In this document: one piece after another, positions 51,361 to 64,000 of the stretch
Layout of the letters: every line of letters begins with the position of its first letter
Numbering within the stretch: position 1 is the stretch's first letter
Assembly (NCBI RefSeq): GCF_028641065.1
Contig: NC_073410.1
Location: 2,976,001-3,040,000, forward strand
Source: Leucoraja erinacea
Lineage: Eukaryota
DNA: 64,000 bases
Direction: 5' to 3'
Notes under the pieces: model-generated
The model's database searches: none
Told to the model about the DNA's origin: nothing
Seen by the model: only the letters and a program-made list of their open reading frames with translations
Made by a program: the position numbers and the translations under genes

Positions 51361-51435
51361 GATGCAATACTGAAGTACAATGCAGGATATGCAAAGAAAT
51401 GGGACTTCACTACCCTGAATTACCTTTGCACTGAG
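51361..51435 (+). CDS. PARG: PARG exon 7 (75 nt); later exons not found in the window
   Basis: DAILKYNAGYAKKWDFTTLNYLCTE; tttcag|GAT ... GAG|gtaaga. Confidence 0.96.
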
Positions 51436-51881
51436 GTAAGATAAATACTGATGAGCTTGTAAGGACATGAAACGGGGCTACGTACTTTTCAAATTCACTG
51501 TTGGCATTAAGGGCCAGTCCCACTTATGCAATTTTTTTCGGCGACTTGCCCTTAATGTTGCTGCTTTTGAAAAATTGCAACATAGATCGTGTGTTGTGAA
51601 GGAGAATGTTACAAGTTCTCTTCCAACTTGTTTTAAAATTATTGTAACAATTTACCTTTTGGCATGGCAATAAATCACTTTATTTTAGTAAATAAGTTGG
51701 TAATGTCAGTTGATGTTAAGATGTATGTAATGAAAATCAGTTACATTTTAGTGGCTTTAATCTCCTTGTACAAAGAAGCTCTTAATTACATATCCAAAAA
51801 TTCAAAATATTAAATTGATTTTAAAATTGCACTTTAAGAAATCTTCAGCTCATGAAGAGGAGAAGCAATGGGTAGGATTAT

Positions 51882-51925
<44 letters not shown>

Positions 51926-54849
51926 TCACCAGACCAACACATCAGCTTGTCTTTTGGGATGACATGTATTGGTAGTGAGTTATTAATGTTAGATCCGCAA
52001 GAGGAAATTATGTTGATAATATATTGAAATGCAGGAGTTCTGAAGCGTTTTGGCCACTGCTTCTTTCTTAACTTGATCAAGGAATGTATTTCACGTTTGT
52101 GTATATTATTGTCACATCGTGAAAGGAACAATGAAACTGATTTTTTCAATTGGCTCTTCTGATGAATGAATAAACGACCAGTATGTCAAGGACCAGCTAA
52201 CAAGGTGTTATACTCCTTATAATTTGCTTATTTTGTTGTGTTATGTTAATTCACATTATTGGGTAATTTGGATATGTTTCTATAAAATAACTTTGATCTT
52301 GTGATTTCTGGAAACAAGGAAATCAAGGGAAATAAAGCTAGTGCTCAAACATAGTCGTGATATAAAAGATCTAAAGGTTTGATGGGCTGTATAGCCTACG
52401 CCCACATCCATTTCTTCTATTCAGTCATGTGAAAGAACTTAAACCAACATGGTACTTGGTGTGAGATTTACTGTGTACTTCTGATGTAAATATTGATTTT
52501 TGTAATGCAGTTCAGTTTTAGTGATGTTTCCAGTAGCTGCTCTGTTTTTGTGGCAAGCATAACTTTGCTTGCACATTGCTTTAGAACTTAGTGCTGAATC
52601 CAATTACCATTCTCCTTCTAATCCAGGAATAGTTAATTTCCACTTCACTTATCATTTATCAACATTCTGCTGTATTTTGTATAGAGATTCAATGCAAGGG
52701 GAGGTCAGGCAACAGAAGGTACACAAACCCTAGAGAAACTGATCTCCATTGCCTACCATTAAAATTGTCAAAATCCCCATTAAAGGCAGATGGTCTATTA
52801 TCATTTTACACCAAGTATAAATTTAAGATGGTTATTTAATTTCCTAAGTGTATTATTTTTTTAAAAAGAAACATCTTCAAGCTGTTGGGGAAGTAATTGG
52901 ATTATAGATAGAACATTTTTAAGTTGATGCAAGCTTAAAGGATTTTGCTGCATACTTGTGTGTGCATTGTTGCATTCATCGGGAACATGCACCTGAAATT
53001 AAAATGGAAGTTCAGTGTAATTCTCTTATTATTTAATTATTTGGTTAACCGCCACCTGTCTCAGATGGGCAATTGATCTCTTACCACTGTCATGCTCTCT
53101 TAACTGCTGGTGAACAGTTGACAATGTAAAAGTTCAGGTGTACCTCTATATACAATAATCAGGAAAGTGAAATGTTATCTCAGTATTTACCACATTCTCA
53201 AAGTTAATGATATTTTACTATTTTAAAGGTTATATGGAATTGCAATAAATCAATGCCATTTTTAACTTGTATTTAGTTTTTAATGTGTACTATAGTTTTT
53301 AATACTGCAGAAATGTCTTTCCTTGCTGCAGGGGGAAGTAGTTAGAAAACCACTTGCCAGAAGGGAGTTTCAGATATTACTTTATAATCAAATACTTTAA
53401 ATTTCTATCAAATATCTGCTATGTGAAATGAGTTCAAAAAATGATTTAATTTGCAAATTGAAAAGAGCAATATTAATGGGTTTACAAACTTACTATTAAA
53501 TTAAATAACTATGCATTTAATTAAATTTTATCGGGTAAGCCGAATGTAATTTTTAATACAACTCTAATTGGCCATGAGCACTAGATTCAAGATAACCTTC
53601 TCTCCAGGGTTTTTTTCCCACCTCTAAATATATTGACAATGAGGGGATGGCCATCTATTTTACTGCATCTGAATAAGGTTTCCTGGCAAGGTATTTCATG
53701 TTTTTCCGGTGAATTGAAATTAGTTTGCAGTAAAATTTTAAGCAAGAAATCAGGCTATTAGTTTCAGTTTTAATAAAAATTCAAATCAAATTTAAAATGC
53801 ATACACATAGATGTACTGTTTCTGAAACCAAATCTTACTGGTTCCAAGGCGAGCGGACTTGTCCTGTTGCCGGGCCATGGCTCGACGGGTCCCTCCCATT
53901 CCAAAATAGGGAGCTGCTAATGTAATATTGAAGGAGATTCCTTTCCAGCTTCCTTCCCCTCCATCACCCCATCAGTCTGAAGAAGGGTCCCAATTTGAAC
54001 ATTCTGCAGAAATGTCTCCTGACCTACGAGTTACTCCAGCGCTTTGTGTCTTTTGTGCTTATTCTACTTGCCTGATTATATCTTGCTGCAATATAACTGT
54101 CCTATTTGCAGTTCACAAGCTTTGTGTCTTCAGAAAATGTAGAAATTGTGGCATGCACTCCCAAATCTAGGTCACTTAATGTACATCAGAAAAAGCTATC
54201 CTTGGGGAGCACCAGTCCACCTTACCTAGGGTCCATAAAACAACACCCATTCACCATCATCCTCTGTAACCAATTACTTAAGCAAATCTCACTTTCATGC
54301 ACTCAATGCCCCTTTTAATGCCACACGCTTTAACTTTACTGATAACCTTGTAATATTGCACGCTGTCAAAAGCCTTCTGGTATTCCATATACACAACACC
54401 AATTGCATTGACCTCTTCAACTTTATTGCCTCATCAAAAATTCTAATAAATTGATTAAATAAAATTTGCGCTAAACAAAACTCTGCTGGCTTGCCTTAAT
54501 TCTTTTTTCTCCCTAATTGTGCCCCAGACTGATGCATCTAAATGCTTCCCAATATCAAAGTTAAATTGTAGTTAATGGACTTTTTTCAGCAAGAGAGTTA
54601 CACTTGTATTCTGCAGCCCTCTGGTACCACTCCCTTTCCATGGAAGATTATAATCAGTGCCCAATGATTTCCTCCATACTTCCCTTAAAGGTCTAGGATG
54701 CATTCCATCCCTTCTTATCCTATTGACGTATCTTAGCCAACTTCATCAGTATAAAAGCTCAATTTATAACCCTGTCTCAACTATGTCCTTCACTATTACT
54801 TCAGAAGCTCCCTCTTTTGGATGAAGATGGATGCAAAGTACTCATTCAC

Positions 54850-55130
54850 CCACAGTGGTGCAGCAGTAGTGTTGCTGCCTTACAATGCCAGAGACTCGGG
54901 ATTGATCCTGGCAATGAGTGCTGTCTGTACGGAGTTTGTACATGGGTATTCTCCAGGTGCTCCAGTTTGCTCCAACATCTTGGGGACGTGCAGGTTTGTA
55001 GGTTAATTGGCTTCTGTAAATTGCCCCTAGTGTTGAGGATATGAAAGTGGGATAACTTAGGACTAGTTGGTCAGTGCAGAATCAGTTGGTCGAAGCGCCT
55101 ATTTCCATGCGGGAACTCTAAACTAAACTA
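54850..55130 (+). mobile_element. HE1-like SINE
   Basis: Degenerate head, V-domain and CTAAACTAAACT tail. Confidence 0.7.
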
Positions 55131-55507
55131 CCTTAAAAACGTCTATATACAAATTCCCGGTTTTGTCCATAAGGACTCTTGCTATTCCATGCGACTCTAA
55201 TTAATTCTACTGCGGCGCTTTTCTGTATTCTTATTTGTCTCGGCACTGTCTTTACCTTAATTTTAATTTTCACTTCCCTACTGATTCCTTTATAATCATC
55301 TGGTATGTGATGTCAAGTATTTCTGAAGCTGAGTTGCGCCATGAAATGTAAAGAGTCTATATTTGGATTTTGCTTTCCAATAGAGCTACATAAACTGGGA
55401 TCACAGTGTGGCATTTGCTGCCGTTTCTCAGTTGGCTGTGAAGTGAGGGAAGCAGTTCCGTAGACAAATAGTTACCCATCTAATAATACCCAAAACACTT
55501 GGGTTGT

Positions 55508-55780
55508 GTTTAGTTTAGAGATACAACGTTGAAAGCCGTTCGGCCCACCGAGTCCGTGTCGACCACAATCCCCACACACTAGGGACAATTTACAATTACC
55601 AAGCCAATTAACCTATAAACCTCTATACGTCTTTGGAGTGTGGGGGGAAACCAGAGAGAGCCCACACAGTCACAGGGGGAGCGTACATATTTTACACAGA
55701 CAGCACCCATAGTCAGGATCGAACTTGGGTCTCTGATGCTGTAAGGCAGCAACACTCCTGCTGCACTACCATGCCACCCT
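55508..55780 (-). mobile_element. HE1-like SINE (inverted relative to the 54850 copy)
   Basis: Reverse-strand GTTCGATCC B-box. Confidence 0.75.
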
Positions 55781-57436
55781 ATATAAGCTAAATACATATT
55801 TTTGATGCATCTAGTGAACATCTTTGGTTTTCACATTAACATATTCTCAAATATTTTAATATTTTTACAGGTAGATATCATTACGGAACAGTAGACATAA
55901 CACAAAATTTAAAAATAATTTGTCAAACTTTCCAATTTTTTTTATCCTGTTCTTATCCACAGAAAATTGAGAGCATGGAAAACTAACCTCAAAATATTAT
56001 TTTTTAAATGACTAACCGAATCTGACTTTAATGTGCATTATATCATCATTGCCTGCAGTCTACTTTTTCTTTGGCTGAATCTCACTTCTGTAATGTTTAT
56101 TCTGAGTGATGCCCTGTGACAAGACCAAGCATCTCTATTAATCTGCACTGGCTACAATAAACATATTTTCTTTGATTTATTTTAAGCTAAGCTGTCTGCC
56201 TGGAGGTTTGTACAATCAAAAGCAATGTTTGCAATAGTGGGAAGTCTTTTTTTTAATCTAACACTACAATCAGAAGTGACTTTTCTTTTGTATTTTTCAA
56301 GTGGAGGAGAAGATGCTTCTTCCAACTCCATTTGGAGATAAAATTTATGGTTTACAAATATACACACAAGCTATATTGAAATAGAATTGGTTGGTATCAA
56401 ACAAAAATCTTTCTAAATTGTCTCTATGAAAAATTCATCCGTAACCTTTTCATTTGAATGCCAATCCAGGGCACCCTTTTTACAGACCATGCTACTTTTG
56501 AGCCTAATGACTGACTTGTCTGATGAATGATAGTTCTCTCCCAGACTTGCTGAAGTGGCTTCTGAAGATCATGATTTTTTTTTAGTACTGTTTTCTTTTC
56601 AACGTTTCAAGCAAGCTGCCCATGAAAGAATTGACCTGTTTGAATTAATCATTGAAAAGACTAGAATACTCAGCAGGTCAGACTGCAACAATGATGAGAA
56701 AGAAAGCAGAGATGCTATTTCAGGTTTCTAACTTCCAATCTAGGGTAATGTAGTCCAGTGCTAAATGTTTTTCCATTTTTGCCTCATCTTGTATTTACAA
56801 TCTTTTTCACGGGAAATTATAGAAATATGTTTTGAAACAGATTTCCACCAATTAAAATTGTGGCAGCACTCTTATATTGAATGTGGTGAAGCAAGATTTT
56901 GTCCCATGAGATAGATCCTTGATGTTCAAAACTTTTTCTTTGTAACTCTGAAGAATCTTTGCTGAAAATATCATTCTTTCTGGCTGAACAAATAAAAGAA
57001 AATCTGCTTGGCTGACTGTTGGTGTCTGGTTAAATGCCTCTTAAATGTTGCTATTGTATCTGCTGCTACCATCTCTCCAGAGAGCATGTTCCAAGCACCT
57101 ACCACTCTGTTGAAACCAAAAAATAAATGCATCTACCATAAGCATTCTCCCTCTGTGGCCTTAATTCCATGTCCATTTTAGTTGTGCATCCAAGCTATTT
57201 CTGCCATGCTCAACAACATCTTCCCAGCGCCATCATTTATCTGTTGCAAAGGTATTTAAAGCATGGCTACCAAGTTTGTCTGAATGCCAAATAGTATGGT
57301 AAGCAGAACTAAACACAATATTCCAAATGTGGCCTAACCAACACTTTATACAGCTGCAACATGACTTCTCAATGTTTATATCATGACTGCTGAAGGACAG
57401 CATGGGGCGTGCTACCCATCTACTTGTGTTGCCATT

Positions 57437-57531
57437 AGTCTGAAGAAGGGTTTCAGCCCTAAACGTTGCCTATTTCCTTCGCTCCATAGATGCTGTTGCA
57501 CCCGCTGAGTTTCTCCAGCACTTTTGTCTAC
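57437..57531 (+). mobile_element. Penelope-like terminal element inserted in an old CR1 fragment
   Basis: 17-bp TSD CTACTTGTGTTGCCATT at 57420-57436 and 57532-57548; core with GAAA>TAAA change. Confidence 0.8.
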
Positions 57532-58590
57532 CTACTTGTGTTGCCATTTTCAGGGAACTGTGAACTTGCACCCCAAGTAAAATAATCATTTTTGAAATGT
57601 TGGAGGCAAGGGGGTTTTATTGTCATATGTTCCCGATGGAACAATTAAATTCTTACTTGCAGCAGCACGACAAAACAATATAATAAATAATAAAATAAAG
57701 TTCAGTGCGTGTGTGTATATATATAAACATTTTTAAATATCATTTTTAAAAAGGCAACTGTCTGCAGTGACATGTTGCAAGCAAAGTATATCATTATTCC
57801 AACACTTCTTTAAAAAGAGACTGACACTATTGCCAATATGAAACTCAAACGCAAGCATGGAATCCGATATATGCCAATAAATTGAATTGAGATGGACACT
57901 TACATAGCGCACACTTCGTCACTCTGACAACAACAGTCCATTAACATTGCAGCTGGTAAGGTTAATTAGCAATCTGAAAGTGCCAAGAAAAATAAATTCA
58001 CAAGATATCCCAGAGATGCAGCTTTGTAAGCGAATCTCACCCATTTTAATTTGAACTTTGATTGCTTTTTGTAATTTGTGTTGCCACATCCATGAAAGGT
58101 GTTCTGTATGTGGCTGAAAAATTAATGGTATTTTGCAGAGGGCAAGATACATCTTTGATATACTTTATTGAAGCACATATGGGAAAACTTTATTAATGAA
58201 TTTCTATTTTAAGTTGCAGCCATTTATTTGTAAGATGGTTTTATGGAATAATTCCTCAAGAACTGGAGCACAAACTCAATTGGAGCACTAACTTTTAAGT
58301 GTTTAAATAAAAATATAGTAGGAATGCTTAACGTTTGCCTGCATCCGTGAAGAGAAGCAGAGTTAATATTAGCTGATGGGAACGTTTAGTGATAGACAGA
58401 TGGTGGGGAAATGCATTGCTTCCAAAACATGTACCACCCTTTTATCACCCACTTTCACCTGGCACCACCTCCACCATTCATATATTTGCCTGATACAGAT
58501 ATTCCCCGTGGCTCTCTCACCCTCCTTCGTCACCACTTTTTTTATTACCAGTTCAGATTTTAATAATAAATCTGAAACATTTTCTGGTCC

Positions 58591-58626
<36 letters not shown>

Positions 58627-59420
58627 TGAGGTACTGTGAAAAGCTTTTGCAAATATGAAAGTACCATTACATAATCATCATTAATATCGTCTGGGGGGGG
58701 ATGAGCAATTTTGTGTGTTTTATCTCTCTCATTTTACTAAGATGTGCAGTGAAAGTGACTGCACAGTCTGCAACAGAGCTCATAATGTTGATGAAGCTGA
58801 GCACTCTATCAACTCAAGTATACATTTTATGTTTTTATGAGATTGAAGTAGACTGACAACTAATTAGGCAAGGTGCAGAGATGGAGCATGAAATCAGCAG
58901 CTGTTGCTCTTTCTCACAAGAAGAACATTTAAGTATTTTTACACGTTGTGAATGACCCAATAGAGTATTTAATTTGCCACTTTCTGTGACTGTTGGTTGG
59001 TTTGTTTCAGTAAATGCTCGATGGACACTAGAACTAATGAATTTATTAATCTTATCACTGAAAGTGGGATTTGTCCACTTGTAATGAGGAGATATTGCAA
59101 AGTGCATGTTTTGGAATCTGAACAGTGCATATGTGTAAAAGATGAATTTAATCTTTATTATCTTCCCATTTACTGCTTAACTTCAAGCAGTTTCCAGTTG
59201 ATTTTCCTCATTTATAGTTGTGATTATTTGAACAATCCTTATGGTTTGTATTTCTTTTAGGAATGTTGAGTATAGCTCAGCAATAGACATGACAATTATA
59301 TTATGGATAACAACTGATTTTCCCTAGGGAATATAAGATGATATTTCCCTGCACAGAATGTTTAAACATTTTTCAAGTGCGCACACACATGCTTGCAAAA
59401 GTCTTAAAAACTGTAACAAT

Positions 59421-60770
59421 CCACCAGGTGGCGACAGCAATGGCTGTCTGGCCAGCAGTCTGTCATGTCCCTTCTCTGTTTTTATTATTTTAAGTGTGTT
59501 TTAAATGTGTGTTTCAATGTTTCTTGGTTAGTTTGTGTGTGGGGAGGGGGGGGGGGAGGGGGGGATAGGGGTAAACGTTTTTCAGTCTGTAGAAGGGTTT
59601 CGGCCCAAAACATTGCCTATTTCTTTCGCTCCGTGGATGCTGTAGCACCAGCTGAGTTTCTCCAGCACTTTTGTCTACCTTCGATTTTCCAGCATCTGCA
59701 GTTCCTTCTTAAACTTTTTTCAGTCACTTACCTCGACGGAGATGCGACTTTCTCAGTCGCATCTCCTAACAACTGGAGTGGTGCGGCCTTTCCTGGAGAC
59801 CGGCCTGGATCATCGCGCGGCAAGCGCGGCACGGACTTTAACATCGCGGAGCTGCGATCCTTTGCCAAGGATCGCCAGAAGAAGTGCTCTGACCGCAGGG
59901 CCTGTGGACTTTTCACACCGTGAAGGTCTCCGGTAAAAACATAGAAACATAGAAATTAGGTGCAGGAGTAGAGGCCATTCGGCTCTTCGAGCCTGCACCG
60001 CCATTCAATATGATCATGGCTGATCATCCAACTCAGTATCCCGTACCTGCCTTCTCTCCATACCCTCTGATCCCCTTGGCCACAAGGGCCACATCTAACT
60101 CCCTCTTAAATATAGCCAATGAACTGTGGCCTCAACTACCCTCTGTGGCAGAGAGTTCCAGAGATTCACCACTCTCTGTGTGAAAAAAGTTCTCCTCATC
60201 TCGGTTCTAAAGGATTTCCCCCTTATCCTTAAGCTGTGACCCCTTGTCCTGGACTTCCCCAACATCGGGAACAATCTTCCTGCATCTAGCCTGTCCAACC
60301 CCTTAAGAATTTTGTAAGTTTCTATAAGATCCCCTCTCAATCTCCTAAATTCTAGAGAGTATAAACCAAGTCTATCCAGTCTTTCTTCATAAGACAGTCC
60401 TGACATCCCAGGAATCAGTCTGGTGAACCTTCTCTGCACTCCCTCAATGGTAAGAAGCGGCTGACTTGGGAACTCCATGTCGCGGTGGGTTCCAATCCGT
60501 CCGGACGTCGGAGTTTCGATCATCCCGACGAGAGGGCCTGAACATCGGACCCTCTATAGCGGTGAACTGCAGAGGGTTCAAAGGCCCCGCCTGGTGAACA
60601 AAGGAGGAAGATGACTGAACTTTATTGACTGAGGAATGTTGATTCCGCCGTGGTGGATGCTTATGTTAAATTTTATTTTATGTGTTCTTTTCACTTAGTA
60701 TGGCTGAATGGTAACTCTAATTTCACAGTACCTTCATTGGTTAAGTGACAATAAATTTGAACTTGAACAA
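59421..60770 (+). mobile_element. GC-rich retroelement with nested Penelope-like terminus (59588-59715) and nested CR1 LINE (59937-60448, minus)
   Basis: TTTTTCAGTC duplicated around the PLE insert; GGTAA duplicated around CR1; CR1 ORF IEGVQRRFTRLIPGMSGLSYEERLDRLGLYSLE. Confidence 0.75.
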
Positions 60771-61372
60771 TCAGCCGGTACAATTCACGGGGAAAAAATG
60801 CTGTTAATTGTATGCATTTAAGGTCATAAGTAATAGGAGCTGAATTAGGCCATTCAGCCCTTCAAATCTACTCCGTCATTCGATCTACCTCTTCCTCCTA
60901 ACCCCATTCTCCTGCCTTCTGCCCAAAAGCTCTGACACCAGTACTAATTAAGAATCTATCTATCTCTGCCTTAAAAATATCAAGGATCAAAAAAATTCAA
61001 AGGAATAAATTTATTGTGTGATTATTTACATAGCACACTTCAAATCTTGGGACCACACGCTTTGGTGGTATGTACACTCTCTCTCAAGTGGTTCCACAAG
61101 GAAAAGGCTGTGGGATGCTGCCACTCTGGTTTGTAGTCAAATGACTGAGCACACTGCTCTATGTGCATGCTGCAGCTCTATTTGGCATTTGTACCTTTAA
61201 AGGAAAATTTGCCATGTTGAATTTTGCACCAGTCATCTGTTCAAAATGAAGATATTTTAAAGAAGGGATTGGGTTCTATGGTGCTGGTGAAGTTTCATAC
61301 TTTGGTTTGGGTCTTGTGCCCTCTAGTGAGGAAAAAAATAATTCTGCTCCGTTGACTATTGTCAAAACAGCC

Positions 61373-62182
61373 AAAGTCCGAGAATTTCCTAAAATTCTAT
61401 TCTTTCCTTTTACAAACTACACTCCACATACCAATTCCTCTCTGTCCAATGCTAAAAGCCAAATAATTACAAATCGATAATAATATTATTGAGGAAGGAA
61501 CGTAGTCACGAAACTGATGTTGATTTTAGAATGTTGCATCAGGACTTTTGTCAATAGACCGACTGATCTCCATTTAAAATTCTGTTCCTGTTCTAGTGTG
61601 TTCCTGCCAACAGATGGCACTGCTCGGTCATTTTGCTTTTTTTCCCTTTGTCCTTGGGACATGTGTACTTCGTCGCTAAAGAATTACCACAGTAGTTTCG
61701 TAACCCATGTTACTGATATTTACATAATTGATTAATTGCATTTAAAAGTGCATTAGAATGATTAGAACATAAACATGCATCAAATCATAAGTAGTGAATG
61801 TGCAATGACATCACCACCAATTGAATAATATATTTCCCATAACTGCAGGTTTCATATTAGACTTGGTTTTGTAGATTTTTGCCGATCGAAAAATCTGAGG
61901 TATCTTTCAAACCTATTACCTTGAAGTTTCTGAACACATTTGCTTAGTTACTGCAGTGACTTCAAAGGGAAGTTATGCTCATATGCATTTTAAATGATCT
62001 GTCTTTGGAGAAAAATCCTGATACAATATTCTAAAATCTATATCAGTTTTGTGACTATGTTCCTTCCTCATTAATATTATTATTGATTTGTATTTTTTTT
62101 TTTAGCATAGGACAGATTAATCGGTATGTGGAGTGCAGTTTGTATAGGAAAGAATGGAAGTTTAGGAAGTTCTGGGACTTTT
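61373..62182. repeat. Long imperfect inverted repeat (arms ~61373-61580 and ~61987-62182)
   Basis: ATAATATTATTGAGGAAGGAACGTAGTCACGAAACTGAT matches reverse complement of ATCAGTTTTGTGACTATGTTCCTTCCTCATTAATATTAT, extending both ways. Confidence 0.85.
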
Positions 62183-62219
62183 TTTGATGTATATAAATGA
62201 CTGTTTTTGATGTATATAA

Positions 62220-63230
62220 ATGACTTGAACTTAACGTAGATGGGTTGGTTAGTAGGTTTGCCGATGATACCAAGATTACTGGGATTACGAATGGTGAGGA
62301 AGGCTGCCAAAGGAAATAGATCAGCTACAAAAATAGGCGGAGAAATGGCAGATGGCATTTAATCCGAGCCACTGATGCACATTGGGAGGTCAAATGTAAG
62401 GGGAATATAGCTAATTAATGGCATGACTCTCAACAGCATTGATGTGCAGAGGGATCTAGAGGTCCATAACTCCCTGAAAGTGGCAACACAAGTCGATAGA
62501 GTGGTAAAGTAGGTATAGTCAAGTCAAGTCAAGTCAAGTTTATTTGTCACATACACATACGAGATGTGCAGTGAAATGAAAGTGGCAATGCTCGCGGAAT
62601 TTTGTGCAAAAGACAAACAACAAAACAACCAAACAAATTATAAACACAATCATAACACACATATTCTTTTACATAATAAATAATGGAAGGAAAAACGTTC
62701 AGTAGAGTTAGTCCCTGGTGAGATAGGCATTTACAGTCCGAATGTATATATGTTATGCTACTTTCATAGGTCAGGTTATTAAGTATAAGAGCCAACAAAT
62801 CATGGTGCTGCTTTATAGGGCCTTGGTGAGGCCACATTTAGAGTATTGTGTGCAGAGCTGTTCACCCATTACAAGATTTGGAAAGTGTGCTTAGGAGGTT
62901 CAGTGTTGATCAGACAGTCAGATCCTATTTTCCCAGGATGGAAAAACCAGTACTAGAGGGCATAACTTTAAAGTGAGTGAGGCAATGTTTAAAGGAGCTG
63001 TGTGGGGCAGGTTTTTTTTACACAAAGGGTGGTTGGTGTGCACCTGAAACACAGTGTTGGTGGTGGTGGTTGAGGCAGATATGATAGTGGCATTTAAGAG
63101 ACTTTGGATAGCATATGTAATGAAGAGGTATGCATTATGTGCAGGCTGATAAAAGGTGGTCTTGGCATTATGTTCAGCACAAACATTGTGGGCTGAAGGG
63201 CCTGTTGTGCTATGCTGTTCTATATTCTAC
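62220..63230 (+). mobile_element. Degenerate CR1 LINE with a nested insertion (62518-62745)
   Basis: RFADDTKI and LYRALVRPHLEYCVQ remnants; (AAGTC)n tail of the nested element. Confidence 0.75.
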
Positions 63231-64000
63231 ATCTGAAGGGGAGAATGGATGAGTGATGCTGAGAATTTTAACATTCCCCCAGCCCCAAACTTTTTTTTTT
63301 GTCAGTTGCTGCAATCACTGCCACATTTAATGTAAATATTAGCACTCTTCACTGGTATTTCATAGTGAAGAATTTTAAGATGTTTTCCTGTAATAGTTTC
63401 ATTCAAATCCTAGTCATCTTACAGTTTCACTTCTGTTTTGGCTGTTGGCAAAATGCATAAATGTGTGACATTGAAAGTCATTAATTCTGATTTGGACTTG
63501 ATAGTTGATCTGCTCTCAGAGACACTTACGTATAAATTCTACTTATTTAAAAACTGCTTAGCCTAAACCAGATCTTTACAGTAAAAGGACCTTGTGGATA
63601 ATCAAATAACTGAAAGCTAATAGCTTAAAACCTTTTCTTATCAATGGAAATTGAATAAAGGATTTCCATGGAAATTTGATTAGCTTTTGAGTCATCGTAC
63701 AATGACTATGACGATAAAGGAAGAGGCTCTGTGCCTAATTCCATCTGTAAAATATTAAAAATTGTTCATGCATATCTTGAGACAAACTGCAAGCATCCTA
63801 TGTTCATATATAACATGTTAACAATTCATTTGTTTGGGAACTAAATTCAACGTACAGGGGAAATTATGATTACCTTTTGTTTGACATTGAAGAGTCACAG
63901 ATTCTGACTTGGATTTGTCGGCTAAACCACTATCAGAGACACTTAGTCATTTAAAAACTGCTTCGTTGAAACCGGATCTTTGCAGTAAAAGGATCTTGTG

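Noticed and set aside
51436-64000. PARG exon 8 candidates (acceptors at ~55870, ~56301, ~59260)
   Set aside because: None encodes the expected HL(Y/F)xxILPxMV-type segment; stops follow or there is no homology

Overview
Vertebrate genomic DNA, most likely a cartilaginous fish (skate/ray), judging from HE1-like V-SINEs, HER1/CR1-like LINEs and abundant Penelope-like termini. The assembly has N gaps in its (GT)n arrays. Two genes are transcribed divergently. RPS24 is complete on the minus strand: ATG-only exon 1, then 66/210/111-nt exons, a 3-nt AAG microexon, a 20-nt stop-containing cassette exon and a terminal exon near 24.8 kb. PARG is on the plus strand, with coding exons 1-7 (~558 codons) and the catalytic exons presumably beyond the window. 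The two promoters are separated by a 77-bp satellite interrupted by LINE ends. Positions 1-24 kb contain no host gene, only TEs and enhancer-like unique sequence. The most notable signal is a dense family of short, often palindromic, TSD-flanked Penelope-derived elements carrying minimal hammerhead-ribozyme cores. Also of note are the deeply conserved RPS24 micro-exon cassette, the RPS24<->PARG head-to-head arrangement (differs from human), and several local direct and inverted duplications. No database searches or alignments were run; TE boundaries are approximate.
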